Source: a virus
Reading direction: 5' to 3' (one strand)
Length of the DNA stretch: 64,000 bases
Virus record (IMG/VR): IMGVR_UViG_3300023181_000003
Span: 1-64,000 of that record
The notes beneath the pieces were generated by a model. It saw nothing but the letters and a program-made list of their open reading frames with translations. It had not been told where the DNA came from and did no database searches. The position numbers and the translations under genes were made by a program. Below, one piece after another: positions 25,867 to 34,320 of this stretch (the stretch's first letter is position 1; each line of letters starts with the position of its first letter).

Positions 25867-27306
25867 ATGGCAGGATTAACACCTACAGGTTTTGAAATCA
25901 GGAGACTTCCTGAGATTATTTTAGATCAAAAAGCAAGAGCAAAGGAAGTATTTCAAGATTTAGTGCCTGTTGGTGATGAGGTAGACACATCAGATAGTTC
26001 TACAATTGGGCGTATCATTGGATTAACAAGTCCTCAATATTCTGATCTTTGGGAACTTATTCAATTAGTTTATTCAGCTTTTGATCCTAACAGTGCTACA
26101 GGTATTGCTCTTGATAATCTCGTGGCCTTAAACGGTACTACACGCAATCCAGCTTCTGCCACAACAGCAGATATTGTTGTTTGGGGTAATCAAGGTACAA
26201 CAATCACTTCAGGTGCTCAAGTATCTTCTACAAGTTCAGATACCTACACATTGAACTCAGATTTAATAATTGTTACTTCAAATTCTATTGGAATGAGGTT
26301 ATCTCTACCTGCTGTAGTAGATGGGGCAACTTACACTGTAACTATTATTAGGTCAAATCAGACAATTGGGCTTACATACACAGCAGGACCAACTGATACG
26401 GTGGCGACAGTATTAGCTGAGCTACAGTCCCAAGCGGCTGTTTTCTCTTACTTTAATTCCACATCTACATCTACAGAATTAGAAATTACTTCTATTAATA
26501 TATATGTACCATTTAGTTTTACAACAAATCTTTCTATTTCAAAGATTAAAGTAAGAGGACAAGTAACTAATACTGAGCTAGGAAATAGAGAATTATCAGC
26601 CAACACGTTGAACATTATATCTACACCAGTCTTAGGGTGGGATAGCGTAAACAATCCTGCCAACGGTGTTACTGGTAGTAATGAAGAAACTGATGATGAG
26701 TTAAGAGAGCGTTTTAGGCAAAATAAATTTACAACTGCTCAGAATATTTCTGATGCCTTGTATTCAGACTTAATTGATATTGATGCTGTAAACAAAGTTA
26801 GCATTTATGACAACAACACAGACACAATTGATGTTGTTCATGATGTTCCACCACACTCTTTTAAAGTATTAATTCTAGGTGGCGATAACTTAGAAATTGC
26901 TAATACCATATGGAAGAATCAACCTTTGGGTATTGCAAGTGCGGGAGATGAAGAAATTGAGATTCAGGATTCTCAAGGTGTAGACCAGATTATTCGTTTT
27001 CAACGTCCCTCTCCTGTTCCTGTGTATATTACTATGGATATATCTGCAATTACAGATGATTCTCTTCCATCAGACTATGCAACAACAATTAAAGCGTCCT
27101 TGATTGAATACTTTGAAACACTAGGTTTAAATTCAGAGCTAATCTATAGTAGATTATACACACCAATTAACCAAACATCTGGTTTCATGATTAATGAACT
27201 TTTTGTTGGTACTTCCCCAACACCTACAGGGACAGCTAATATCCAATTTGCTTACGACGAATATCCAACAATCGATTCTGCGAACATAATTATTACTGTA
27301 TCTTAA
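25867..27306 (+). CDS. baseplate J-like wedge protein
   Basis: 479 aa; N-terminal MAGLTPTGFEIRRLPEIILDQ typical of the Baseplate_J family (recollection); synteny agrees. Confidence 0.65.
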   Translation: MAGLTPTGFEIRRLPEIILDQKARAKEVFQDLVPVGDEVDTSDSSTIGRIIGLTSPQYSDLWELIQLVYSAFDPNSATGIALDNLVALNGTTRNPASATTADIVVWGNQGTTITSGAQVSSTSSDTYTLNSDLIIVTSNSIGMRLSLPAVVDGATYTVTIIRSNQTIGLTYTAGPTDTVATVLAELQSQAAVFSYFNSTSTSTELEITSINIYVPFSFTTNLSISKIKVRGQVTNTELGNRELSANTLNIISTPVLGWDSVNNPANGVTGSNEETDDELRERFRQNKFTTAQNISDALYSDLIDIDAVNKVSIYDNNTDTIDVVHDVPPHSFKVLILGGDNLEIANTIWKNQPLGIASAGDEEIEIQDSQGVDQIIRFQRPSPVPVYITMDISAITDDSLPSDYATTIKASLIEYFETLGLNSELIYSRLYTPINQTSGFMINELFVGTSPTPTGTANIQFAYDEYPTIDSANIIITVS

Positions 27307-27324
27307 ATAATCTGAAAGTATTAA

Positions 27325-28074
27325 ATGGCAGGAACAGATGTAAAAGATTATTTAGCAGAGGCAAGAAGTAGGGTAACAGAGGCATTTAAAGAGAAACCTG
27401 TATTTGATAAATACTTACAATTAGCTTCTTCTGCCTCTGCGGAAATACAGGCTGTTGCCTTAGATTTATACAATAAGAGATGGATTGATACTGCTGAGGG
27501 TGCTCAATTAGATATTATTGGTAATATTGTTGGTCAACCTAGAGAATTAGTTGGTGCTGATTTATATACATTCTTCGGATACGAAGGTAATCCAGCTTCT
27601 AACTCATTCGGTACAGTGAGTGATCCTACTATCGGGGGATTCTACCTTACAGCAGGTACTTCAACATCAGGAAATATTATTCTAGATGATTATCTTTATA
27701 GAAGATTTATTAAAGCTAAGATCATTAAGAATAAAACAAGAGCTACACCAGAAGATGTAATTAAATTTTTAACATTCGTTTTTGATGTTGAAAATGTATG
27801 GATTGTATCTCAAGGTGGTGGCAAAGCATTTATAAGAATTTTAAGTGCTAACTTTACACAGACAGACATAAATTTACTTTATTATTTTACAAATAATGAT
27901 TGGGGGAAATCTTATTTTGTACCAAAAAGCTTAGGGGTTGAATATACGTGGGAAGTATTACAAGTGAATGAACTATTTCCGGGAGGTCCAAGCCTCTCAG
28001 ATTTCTTACAAGGAGAAGAACAATTGAATATTCTTCTAAATCAGACAATGCCCGAACATGGCTATTCAATTTAA
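27325..28074 (+). CDS. baseplate/tail-fibre-associated protein
   Basis: ORF track, 249 aa; lies between the baseplate J-like gene and the fibre genes. Confidence 0.55.
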   Translation: MAGTDVKDYLAEARSRVTEAFKEKPVFDKYLQLASSASAEIQAVALDLYNKRWIDTAEGAQLDIIGNIVGQPRELVGADLYTFFGYEGNPASNSFGTVSDPTIGGFYLTAGTSTSGNIILDDYLYRRFIKAKIIKNKTRATPEDVIKFLTFVFDVENVWIVSQGGGKAFIRILSANFTQTDINLLYYFTNNDWGKSYFVPKSLGVEYTWEVLQVNELFPGGPSLSDFLQGEEQLNILLNQTMPEHGYSI

Positions 28075-28088
28075 TATAGAAAGAAAAA

Positions 28089-29747
28089 ATGGCAACATCA
28101 TTAAGTTTTAGTCAACAAGTAGAGCGATTTGAAGGGAATGAATCAAGAGCAAATACCTTTGTAAATGGAGACTCTACATCTACTTGGACAACAACTGGCG
28201 GAGAAATTCTCCCATCAATATCAAAAATTATTCAAGAAAATTCCCTTGGAAGTAGAATTTACTCTACTGCTTCTGGCACATCTTCTGCTTTAGTTTTAAC
28301 AACAAATACTGGAATTGCATCTTATACAAATAATGCTACATTTGCATTTACAGGTACTGTTTCAAATAGCGCTAGTAGTACTATTAAAGTAGATGATGGT
28401 CCTGCTGCTCCAGTCTATCGTTTAAGTGGTGGTGTTGTAGGTTCAGGAGATATCGTTCCAGGGCGTAGATATGAAATCAGATACTCTACAGCCCTTGCCG
28501 GGTTTGAGTTATTTCCATTATCAAGAATCTCTCTGCAAGCTACTACTCTAGCAGACGGAAAACAAGATTTATCTGGAACATTTCAAGCCTTAAATGATGG
28601 AGATAAAACTCGTGTCTACATCATGCCAAAAGGCTCAGGCCAAAGCGGCGCCCCTGCAGCTATCAAAATCTTTGCTGATGATTTTAATGCACAACCTGTA
28701 GAATACAGGGACATGGGAATTTTCTTTCTACCCAAGTCTTCTGTAGGAAGTTTATCAGCAACAACAGCGCCTGCGCATATTTTACTCTCAAGTAAAACTG
28801 GAACATTTACACATGGAGAGGCTCTTACCGGTTCTTTAGGTGGTGCTGGTACTTTAAGATACAGAAATAAAAACTATCTATTTGTAAAACCAATCACAAC
28901 TCCATTCCAAGTAGGGGAGACTGTCACTGGAGCAACTTCTGGAGTTACTGGTGTTATTGAAAGTATTGATACATCAGGTTCAACATGGAGCCCATATGGT
29001 GCTGTTATTCTAAACCAAAAAACTGGTTCTGGTAGTGCTTATCGTGGCCTTAATCCAGATATGATTTTTGGATATGATGATGTTGTTTACACTGCACAAG
29101 TAGCAGGCCGTATTATTTATGGTGAGACTACAGAAGGCTCAGCTTTCCAGCCCTACTGGATATTTGGACCATCAGCAGATTGGAAGGGTGGCGTAGGCGT
29201 ATCTGCAAACTGTATTGCTCAGTTTGAGAGGGATATTCTCTTCTCTTCTAATGGTACAGGTATTAGATTTAGAAATTCTGCGGATACAGCTAATGACACA
29301 TACACACGCTTAGACACAGATAGTGTTTATAAAATAACTGTTGGCGGCGGATCACCATTCCAATTTAATAGTGCTGGCACTCTAACAGTCCCTAGTACTA
29401 CTATTACAAAAGCATTTAGAGCCACTGTTGGTGTTCTACCTTATGTGAACTCATCTACACCTCTAGCAGTCAACCCAACTGCTTTAGGTAAAACAATGAC
29501 TTGCACTCTTACAGGAGATGCTCTATTAGGAACTTCAGCTAACGTTGTTGCACAAGATGAATTTGAAATTATCTTCCTTAATGCAGCAGGAGGGCCTTAC
29601 ACAGTAACATTCTCTGCTGGATGGAGGTCAGATGTAGCAAGTTTCACCGTCTCCGCTGGTAAGAGTGTTGTCCTATCTGTTAAATGTACTACAGCCGGTA
29701 GTTATTATGTAATTAGCCGATCACCTGAACTAACTTTAAGAACTTAA
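28089..29747 (+). CDS. tail fibre protein
   Basis: 552 aa, Ser/Thr/Gly-rich; position. Confidence 0.6.
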   Translation: MATSLSFSQQVERFEGNESRANTFVNGDSTSTWTTTGGEILPSISKIIQENSLGSRIYSTASGTSSALVLTTNTGIASYTNNATFAFTGTVSNSASSTIKVDDGPAAPVYRLSGGVVGSGDIVPGRRYEIRYSTALAGFELFPLSRISLQATTLADGKQDLSGTFQALNDGDKTRVYIMPKGSGQSGAPAAIKIFADDFNAQPVEYRDMGIFFLPKSSVGSLSATTAPAHILLSSKTGTFTHGEALTGSLGGAGTLRYRNKNYLFVKPITTPFQVGETVTGATSGVTGVIESIDTSGSTWSPYGAVILNQKTGSGSAYRGLNPDMIFGYDDVVYTAQVAGRIIYGETTEGSAFQPYWIFGPSADWKGGVGVSANCIAQFERDILFSSNGTGIRFRNSADTANDTYTRLDTDSVYKITVGGGSPFQFNSAGTLTVPSTTITKAFRATVGVLPYVNSSTPLAVNPTALGKTMTCTLTGDALLGTSANVVAQDEFEIIFLNAAGGPYTVTFSAGWRSDVASFTVSAGKSVVLSVKCTTAGSYYVISRSPELTLRT

Positions 29748-29754
29748 TAATATA

Positions 29755-30576
29755 ATGGCAATCCAACAAAAACCAAACTTTCAAATCGCTTGGGCAGAAA
29801 CTGGTAACAAAGTAGCTGTAAGCGAAGCTAAACTACGTCAAGGTTGGGTTGCTGAAATCCCTCCTGCTGAAGTAGAAAACTTTTACCAGAATAAGCAAGA
29901 TACGGCTATCCAGCATATCTTTCAGAGTGGTATCCCTGTTTGGGATAGTTTAACAAACTACACAGCTAATAAGTCTATTGTTCAAGGTAGTAATGGATTT
30001 ATCTATGTTGCAAACTCAGATAACACAGGACAAAACCCCTTAGTAACTACAGCCTGGAGGCTTTTAATTGATAATGCAAGTCAGCTTGTTAATCAATCAA
30101 GGGCTATCAATACAGGCTATGGTCTACAGGGCGGGGGTAATCTTACTTCAGATAGAAGTTTAAGTTTAGCAGCTTCAGGGGTTGCCCCTGGTACTTATGG
30201 TAGTTCAGGTAGTGTTTCTCGTGTCACAATTGATTCCGCTGGACGTGTAACAACAGCCGCAAATCAAGCAATTGATTTTAATTCTCCCTTCAGTGATAAA
30301 CTATTAGCTTCCCAAGGTTATCAAAAACTACCTGGAGGTTTAATATTACAATGGGGTGTATTAGTAGGTCCAATCAAAATTGTAACATTAGGAACATTTA
30401 CAATTCCTTTCCCTACTGCTTGTTTAAACATTGTTGCTTCAAAGGGCTCTGATATAAGCCCAACAGCAGAATATACAATTGGTATTCAACCAGAAAACAC
30501 TACTGGATACAGGTTTCTTATTAGTGGCCCTAATAATGGTTCTCAAACTTTCTATTGGCAAGCGATAGGTTATTAA
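29755..30576 (+). CDS. tail fibre / receptor-binding protein
   Basis: 273 aa; N-terminal ..FQIAWAETGNKV...RQGWVAEIPPAEVENF.. resembles conserved fibre N-termini; last structural gene before lysis. Confidence 0.6.
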   Translation: MAIQQKPNFQIAWAETGNKVAVSEAKLRQGWVAEIPPAEVENFYQNKQDTAIQHIFQSGIPVWDSLTNYTANKSIVQGSNGFIYVANSDNTGQNPLVTTAWRLLIDNASQLVNQSRAINTGYGLQGGGNLTSDRSLSLAASGVAPGTYGSSGSVSRVTIDSAGRVTTAANQAIDFNSPFSDKLLASQGYQKLPGGLILQWGVLVGPIKIVTLGTFTIPFPTACLNIVASKGSDISPTAEYTIGIQPENTTGYRFLISGPNNGSQTFYWQAIGY

Positions 30577-30579
30577 TAT

Positions 30580-31113
30580 ATGAATAAATCATCAATCTAT
30601 AAAAGCCTAATAGCAGCAGGGCTTACAAGTGCTCTAGCCCTCTCTGGAGCCTATTTAGTTGCTCCTAGTGAGGGAGAGGTGCTTGGTACTTATAAAGACC
30701 CTGTAGGCATTGTTACAAGCTGTTATGGACATGTTGATAACAAGTTAAAGCTAGGACAAAAGTTCACTCGTGATGAGTGTATCAAAGTCTTAGCTAATGA
30801 CTTACAACAGAAAGAACTTGATCTTAAGAGACTTGTTAAAGTTCCATATAAATCAGATTATCAACATGCTGCACTATTGAGTTTTACATACAATGTCGGA
30901 CCAAATAAACTAGCCTCTAGCACACTACTCAAAAAGTTAAATGCTAAAGATTATGATGGTGCTTGCTATGAACTCACTCGTTGGGTTTATGCTAATAAAA
31001 ATGGTGAAATGGTTAAGCTTAATGGGCTTGTCACTAGACGTACACAGGAATTCCAGTGGTGCATGAATCAAGTACCTGTAGATGTTAGATATGCTGAAGG
31101 AATGTTAAAATGA
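30580..31113 (+). CDS. SAR endolysin (T4-lysozyme/GH24 type)
   Basis: 177 aa. Weakly hydrophobic N-terminal segment IAAGLTSALALSGAYLVA, then the catalytic E-x8-D-x5-T (EGEVLGTYKDPVGIVT). Confidence 0.85.
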   Translation: MNKSSIYKSLIAAGLTSALALSGAYLVAPSEGEVLGTYKDPVGIVTSCYGHVDNKLKLGQKFTRDECIKVLANDLQQKELDLKRLVKVPYKSDYQHAALLSFTYNVGPNKLASSTLLKKLNAKDYDGACYELTRWVYANKNGEMVKLNGLVTRRTQEFQWCMNQVPVDVRYAEGMLK

Positions 31114-31466
31114 TCTGGAGTAATATAAAAAATTACGTCTACGGTAGTGCAGCAATCCTTTTACTCTCTCTGTCTATAGGATTCTATATCTCTAGTAATC
31201 ATTATAAAAATGAAGCACAGCTATTGACAGCACAAGTGTCTACACTCACTGATAACCTTAATAGAGCAAATTCAACCATTACACAAATGAATGAAAATGC
31301 TGAGCAAACAAATAAAGTTTCTGTAAAACGGCAAGAAGATCGTAAACAGAGCAATATATCTTCTACCAAGAAGCAGGAACAATTAAATGAAGCAATTAAG
31401 ACTAATCCTGATTGGAGTGATGTGCCTGTGCCTGATGGCGTGCTCAAGTCTCTTCAAACAGAATAA
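31110..31466 (+). CDS. i-spanin
   Basis: 118 aa; N-terminal TM (YGSAAILLLSLSIGFYI), coiled-coil periplasmic part; overlaps the endolysin stop and the o-spanin start. Confidence 0.7.
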   Translation: MIWSNIKNYVYGSAAILLLSLSIGFYISSNHYKNEAQLLTAQVSTLTDNLNRANSTITQMNENAEQTNKVSVKRQEDRKQSNISSTKKQEQLNEAIKTNPDWSDVPVPDGVLKSLQTE

Positions 31467-31671
31467 TATAGAATATAAATATATAAAAGCATATCCTCCC
31501 ATTGAATGGCTAGAAGACTGTACAATAGCACAGCCATTTGAAGGGATGTTAAATAAAGACATAGCTGATTTAGCCAAACAAAGAGGTGACAGTTTGAAGC
31601 TATGTAATATTGATAAAAAATCGCTACGTGATTGGCGAGAGAGCGAAAGTAAGAATGTCCCTACCAACTGA
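31387..31671 (+). CDS. o-spanin (lipoprotein)
   Basis: 94 aa; signal peptide with lipobox LMAC; start lies inside the i-spanin gene (overlapped architecture). Confidence 0.7.
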   Translation: MKQLRLILIGVMCLCLMACSSLFKQNNIEYKYIKAYPPIEWLEDCTIAQPFEGMLNKDIADLAKQRGDSLKLCNIDKKSLRDWRESESKNVPTN

Positions 31672-32068
31672 AGATGCAATTCAAATGGCAACAGATTCCG
31701 CATTAGCAAGTATAGGCTCTAAAATTACATATGGTGGGGCACTCACTGCCTTTGGTAGTTTTCTATTATCCAGTGCGGGTGCAGCACTAATAGGTATTCT
31801 AGGCGTTATCATAGGATTAGTTATCCAGTGGTATTTCAAGCGCAGAGAGGACGCTAGGCTAGAAGAGTTTAAGAAAAGGGAAGATGCTCGTTTAGAGGAA
31901 GAACATATATGGAAAAGAGAAATCCATATTGCACGTCTTGCTCAGATTACATCAGGCAATCTTAAAGCTAGTCCTTCAGAGATTATAGATGATATAAAAT
32001 CTGTCCCTCGTCCATCTCCTATTCCAATTGAAGAGACAATAGTTTCTACATTAGAAAAAATAAAATAA
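31655..32068 (+). CDS. membrane protein, holin candidate
   Basis: Track ORF starts at TTG 31610; ATG at 31655 used. Hydrophobic stretch GALTAFGSFLLSSAGAALIGILGVIIGLVIQWYF, then a tandem KRREDARLEEF/KKREDARLEEE repeat. Confidence 0.45.
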   Translation: MSLPTEDAIQMATDSALASIGSKITYGGALTAFGSFLLSSAGAALIGILGVIIGLVIQWYFKRREDARLEEFKKREDARLEEEHIWKREIHIARLAQITSGNLKASPSEIIDDIKSVPRPSPIPIEETIVSTLEKIK

Positions 32069-32112
32069 AGAGAGAAATTAATTTCTCCAAATAATTACAT
32101 CTCGGAAATACT

Positions 32113-32160
32113 AAAGCCCCTACTCTTAGCACGGAATAGGGGCTTTTCTTTTATTTATTT
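32113..32160. terminator. bidirectional terminator between convergent blocks
   Basis: AAAGCCCCTA...TAGGGGCTTT stem followed by TCTTTTATTTATTTTT on the + strand. Confidence 0.6.
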
Positions 32161-32315
32161 TTAATCTCTGATGAATCTGTAATTTTGTAATACAGATTAT
32201 CATCTTCTGAATAATATTTACAGAAATAATCTGCATCCACTTTAGAATCAAACTCTCTATAAAATACTTCCGTTACTTTCCCTAATGTAAACAATGTAAT
32301 TTCATATGTGATCAT
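32151..32315 (-). CDS. hypothetical protein (54 aa)
   Basis: Hand-translated MITYEITLFTLGKVTEVFYREF...; ATG overlaps the GNAT stop (ATGA). Confidence 0.4.
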   Translation of the reverse strand: MITYEITLFTLGKVTEVFYREFDSKVDADYFCKYYSEDDNLYYKITDSSEIKNK

Positions 32316-32692
32316 GGTACAGCCTTCACTTCCTGTTTATCCCAAAACTCTAAAGTACCTTTAGTGCCCTCAGAGCCCCAAAAGTTAACATCTGCATGTT
32401 TAGCTTTCATAGCTGAAACAAGTTTACCACCAATTCCATAATTTCTATATGATCGTCTGACAAAGATTTGTAAGTGATTGTCACACTTCACACACACTCC
32501 TACAGGATAATCAGCTAGAGTAGCAAGCATAATATCCTGATTACTCCCTAAACCATTTTTAATGATTGATTTTAAATCCTCTTGAAGATTCCAGCCCCTA
32601 ACAAACAGTACGTTGCTAAGAGCAATTTGTGCTAGTTGTTGGGGGTTTTCTTCGTTTAAGATTGTATTCTTTAGAATGTTATATGTTCTCAA
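32312..32692 (-). CDS. GNAT-family N-acetyltransferase
   Basis: 126 aa; QIFVRRSYRNYGIGGKLVSAM matches GNAT motif A (R/Q-x-x-G-x-G/A); TTG start in the track. Confidence 0.6.
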   Translation of the reverse strand: MRTYNILKNTILNEENPQQLAQIALSNVLFVRGWNLQEDLKSIIKNGLGSNQDIMLATLADYPVGVCVKCDNHLQIFVRRSYRNYGIGGKLVSAMKAKHADVNFWGSEGTKGTLEFWDKQEVKAVP

Positions 32693-32814
32693 TCTGGTAA
32701 CTCCCTGTAATCTCTTGAATTACAAATCTCACATACATACACTTCTTCACACCAGTCTCCATTGTCATTATCATGAAGATACTTCCATTTATGTGCACAC
32801 TTATAATCACTCAT
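32689..32814 (-). CDS. small zinc-ribbon-like protein (41 aa)
   Basis: Hand-translated MSDYKCAHKWKYLHDNDNGDWCEEVYVCEICNSRDYRELPD; stop overlaps the GNAT TTG start. Confidence 0.4.
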   Translation of the reverse strand: MSDYKCAHKWKYLHDNDNGDWCEEVYVCEICNSRDYRELPD

Positions 32815-32815
32815 A

Positions 32816-33139
32816 CTATTTACTTTCTCTTAAGGCTTCCATAGCCTCTTGCTTTGTTTTATAAATACCACCTAGCACAAAATCTTTCTTGATTTCACAC
32901 CATTTAGTTTTATATTGATTAAGACTAGAATATTTAGATTCTACAATCCATACACCATCACTCAATTCAAGAATACTCCATTCAGATGGTGCTTCAGCGT
33001 TAGGAGTCTTATTATTCTTTAAATATTCAATCTTGATTTGATTGAAACATTCATTACGTACATCTACAGCATGCTTTTGTTTTACTAAGCATCCTACAGA
33101 TACACAGACAATCAATAGGAAAGATAATATCCACTTCAT
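32816..33139 (-). CDS. secreted/lipoprotein-like hypothetical protein
   Basis: 107 aa; N-terminal MKWILSFLLIVCVSVGC signal-like segment. Confidence 0.6.
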   Translation of the reverse strand: MKWILSFLLIVCVSVGCLVKQKHAVDVRNECFNQIKIEYLKNNKTPNAEAPSEWSILELSDGVWIVESKYSSLNQYKTKWCEIKKDFVLGGIYKTKQEAMEALRESK

Positions 33140-33315
33140 TTCATTCCTTTAAAGTAATCAGCACATTGTTGATCTGTGAGGCTTTCCATATGATGTCTAA
33201 CATCAGTGAGATTTGCTCCATGAATAGTGAATACTTTCTTCAGTGAATCTTTTGACAGGATAATGTTGATTACATTACCTTCTTTAGTGATTGTATATGA
33301 ATATGGAAGATTCAT
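33136..33315 (-). CDS. hypothetical protein (59 aa)
   Basis: Hand-translated MNLPYSYTITKEGNVINIILSKD...; ATGA overlap with the downstream gene. Confidence 0.45.
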   Translation of the reverse strand: MNLPYSYTITKEGNVINIILSKDSLKKVFTIHGANLTDVRHHMESLTDQQCADYFKGMK

Positions 33316-33504
33316 TTAGCACCTATCATGAATACAGGCTTCATAACCTGCGTTCCATCCATCCACATGGCCTTCATCATATAATCCCTGTGCAAAATTA
33401 TTTACAGTAGGGATAATTGAATGATAAATCTCTTCAGCTTGTTTATAGCTGACGCTCGAATTATCAAGACGAATAACTCTAATGATTTCTTCAATGTCTA
33501 GCAT
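33316..33504 (-). CDS. hypothetical protein
   Basis: Track ORF 33316..33594 trimmed to the ATG at 33504 (AAGGAATTAAC upstream), avoiding overlap with the upstream ORF. Confidence 0.55.
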   Translation of the reverse strand: MLDIEEIIRVIRLDNSSVSYKQAEEIYHSIIPTVNNFAQGLYDEGHVDGWNAGYEACIHDRC

Positions 33505-33505
33505 G

Positions 33506-33679
33506 TTAATTCCTTTCTTTCTTCCAATTAAGTATAATTGCAGGAAATTCATAACAAATACTGTTAATTGGTTTCCCACTTGTAATACCTTCAATGATCT
33601 TCCAAGACATGTATGTTACAAGGTCATCGTGTGTCCATTCATTTAATGGTGCTGAAATTCCTTTGATACTATTATTCAT
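33506..33679 (-). CDS. hypothetical protein
   Basis: Track ORF starts at TTG 33691; ATG at 33679 follows the upstream stop (TAAAAATG). Confidence 0.5.
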   Translation of the reverse strand: MNNSIKGISAPLNEWTHDDLVTYMSWKIIEGITSGKPINSICYEFPAIILNWKKERN

Positions 33680-33681
33680 TT

Positions 33682-34293
33682 TTAAGTCCAAAGTCCTGAA
33701 TAATATTTACCAAATAGGCGGAAGCCATTTTCCCTACGTTTTCGACGTTCCCTATACTCTTCAATAGTCTCACTATCGTACTTCCATTCATACTTATCTT
33801 CCCAATCAGGGGCGTGTGCCCAAATCATTTCATCAATAATGTACTCCCAACGAGCAAAAAGAAAATCATCAGTATCCCATTCATTCTCTTTCGGTGGTGC
33901 GCTAGTTGAACGAATATCCTCAGGAACATCTTCATCATCTAAATTAATAGGCGCACCATGATTTACTTCTTTTAGTTTAAGAAGTAGTGGATGAATAATT
34001 ATTGATAGTGTGTTGTCAGCACTCCAAGTATCATAATAATCAATCTTGACTTTTACTTTACGTTTTTGAATGGTGTAAAATTTTGCACATAGTTTACTAA
34101 GTAGAGATTCATTACCATCTTTATTTTCAGCTAACCATTTACCAAATTCGTGCACAGAGTCATCTTCATATTTATCTTTCCAAAATAGAATTTTCTCTGC
34201 GATCTGATATGGCCCGATCTGGTTTGCATATGGTCCAATGTAAACTTTCATAATATTCCTTTCGTTTAGATAATGAAGTGTAGCATACAACAA
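33682..34293 (-). CDS. hypothetical protein
   Basis: ORF track, 203 aa; downstream of the DNA polymerase gene. Confidence 0.65.
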   Translation of the reverse strand: MLYATLHYLNERNIMKVYIGPYANQIGPYQIAEKILFWKDKYEDDSVHEFGKWLAENKDGNESLLSKLCAKFYTIQKRKVKVKIDYYDTWSADNTLSIIIHPLLLKLKEVNHGAPINLDDEDVPEDIRSTSAPPKENEWDTDDFLFARWEYIIDEMIWAHAPDWEDKYEWKYDSETIEEYRERRKRRENGFRLFGKYYSGLWT

Positions 34294-34320
34294 CTGGTGT
34301 GGTTGTTGTATTTTTGTTAA

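Noticed and set aside
31202-31709. Minus-strand ORFs 31202..31447 and 31383..31709
   Set aside because: Antisense to the spanin pair, whose TM and lipobox features support the plus-strand reading.
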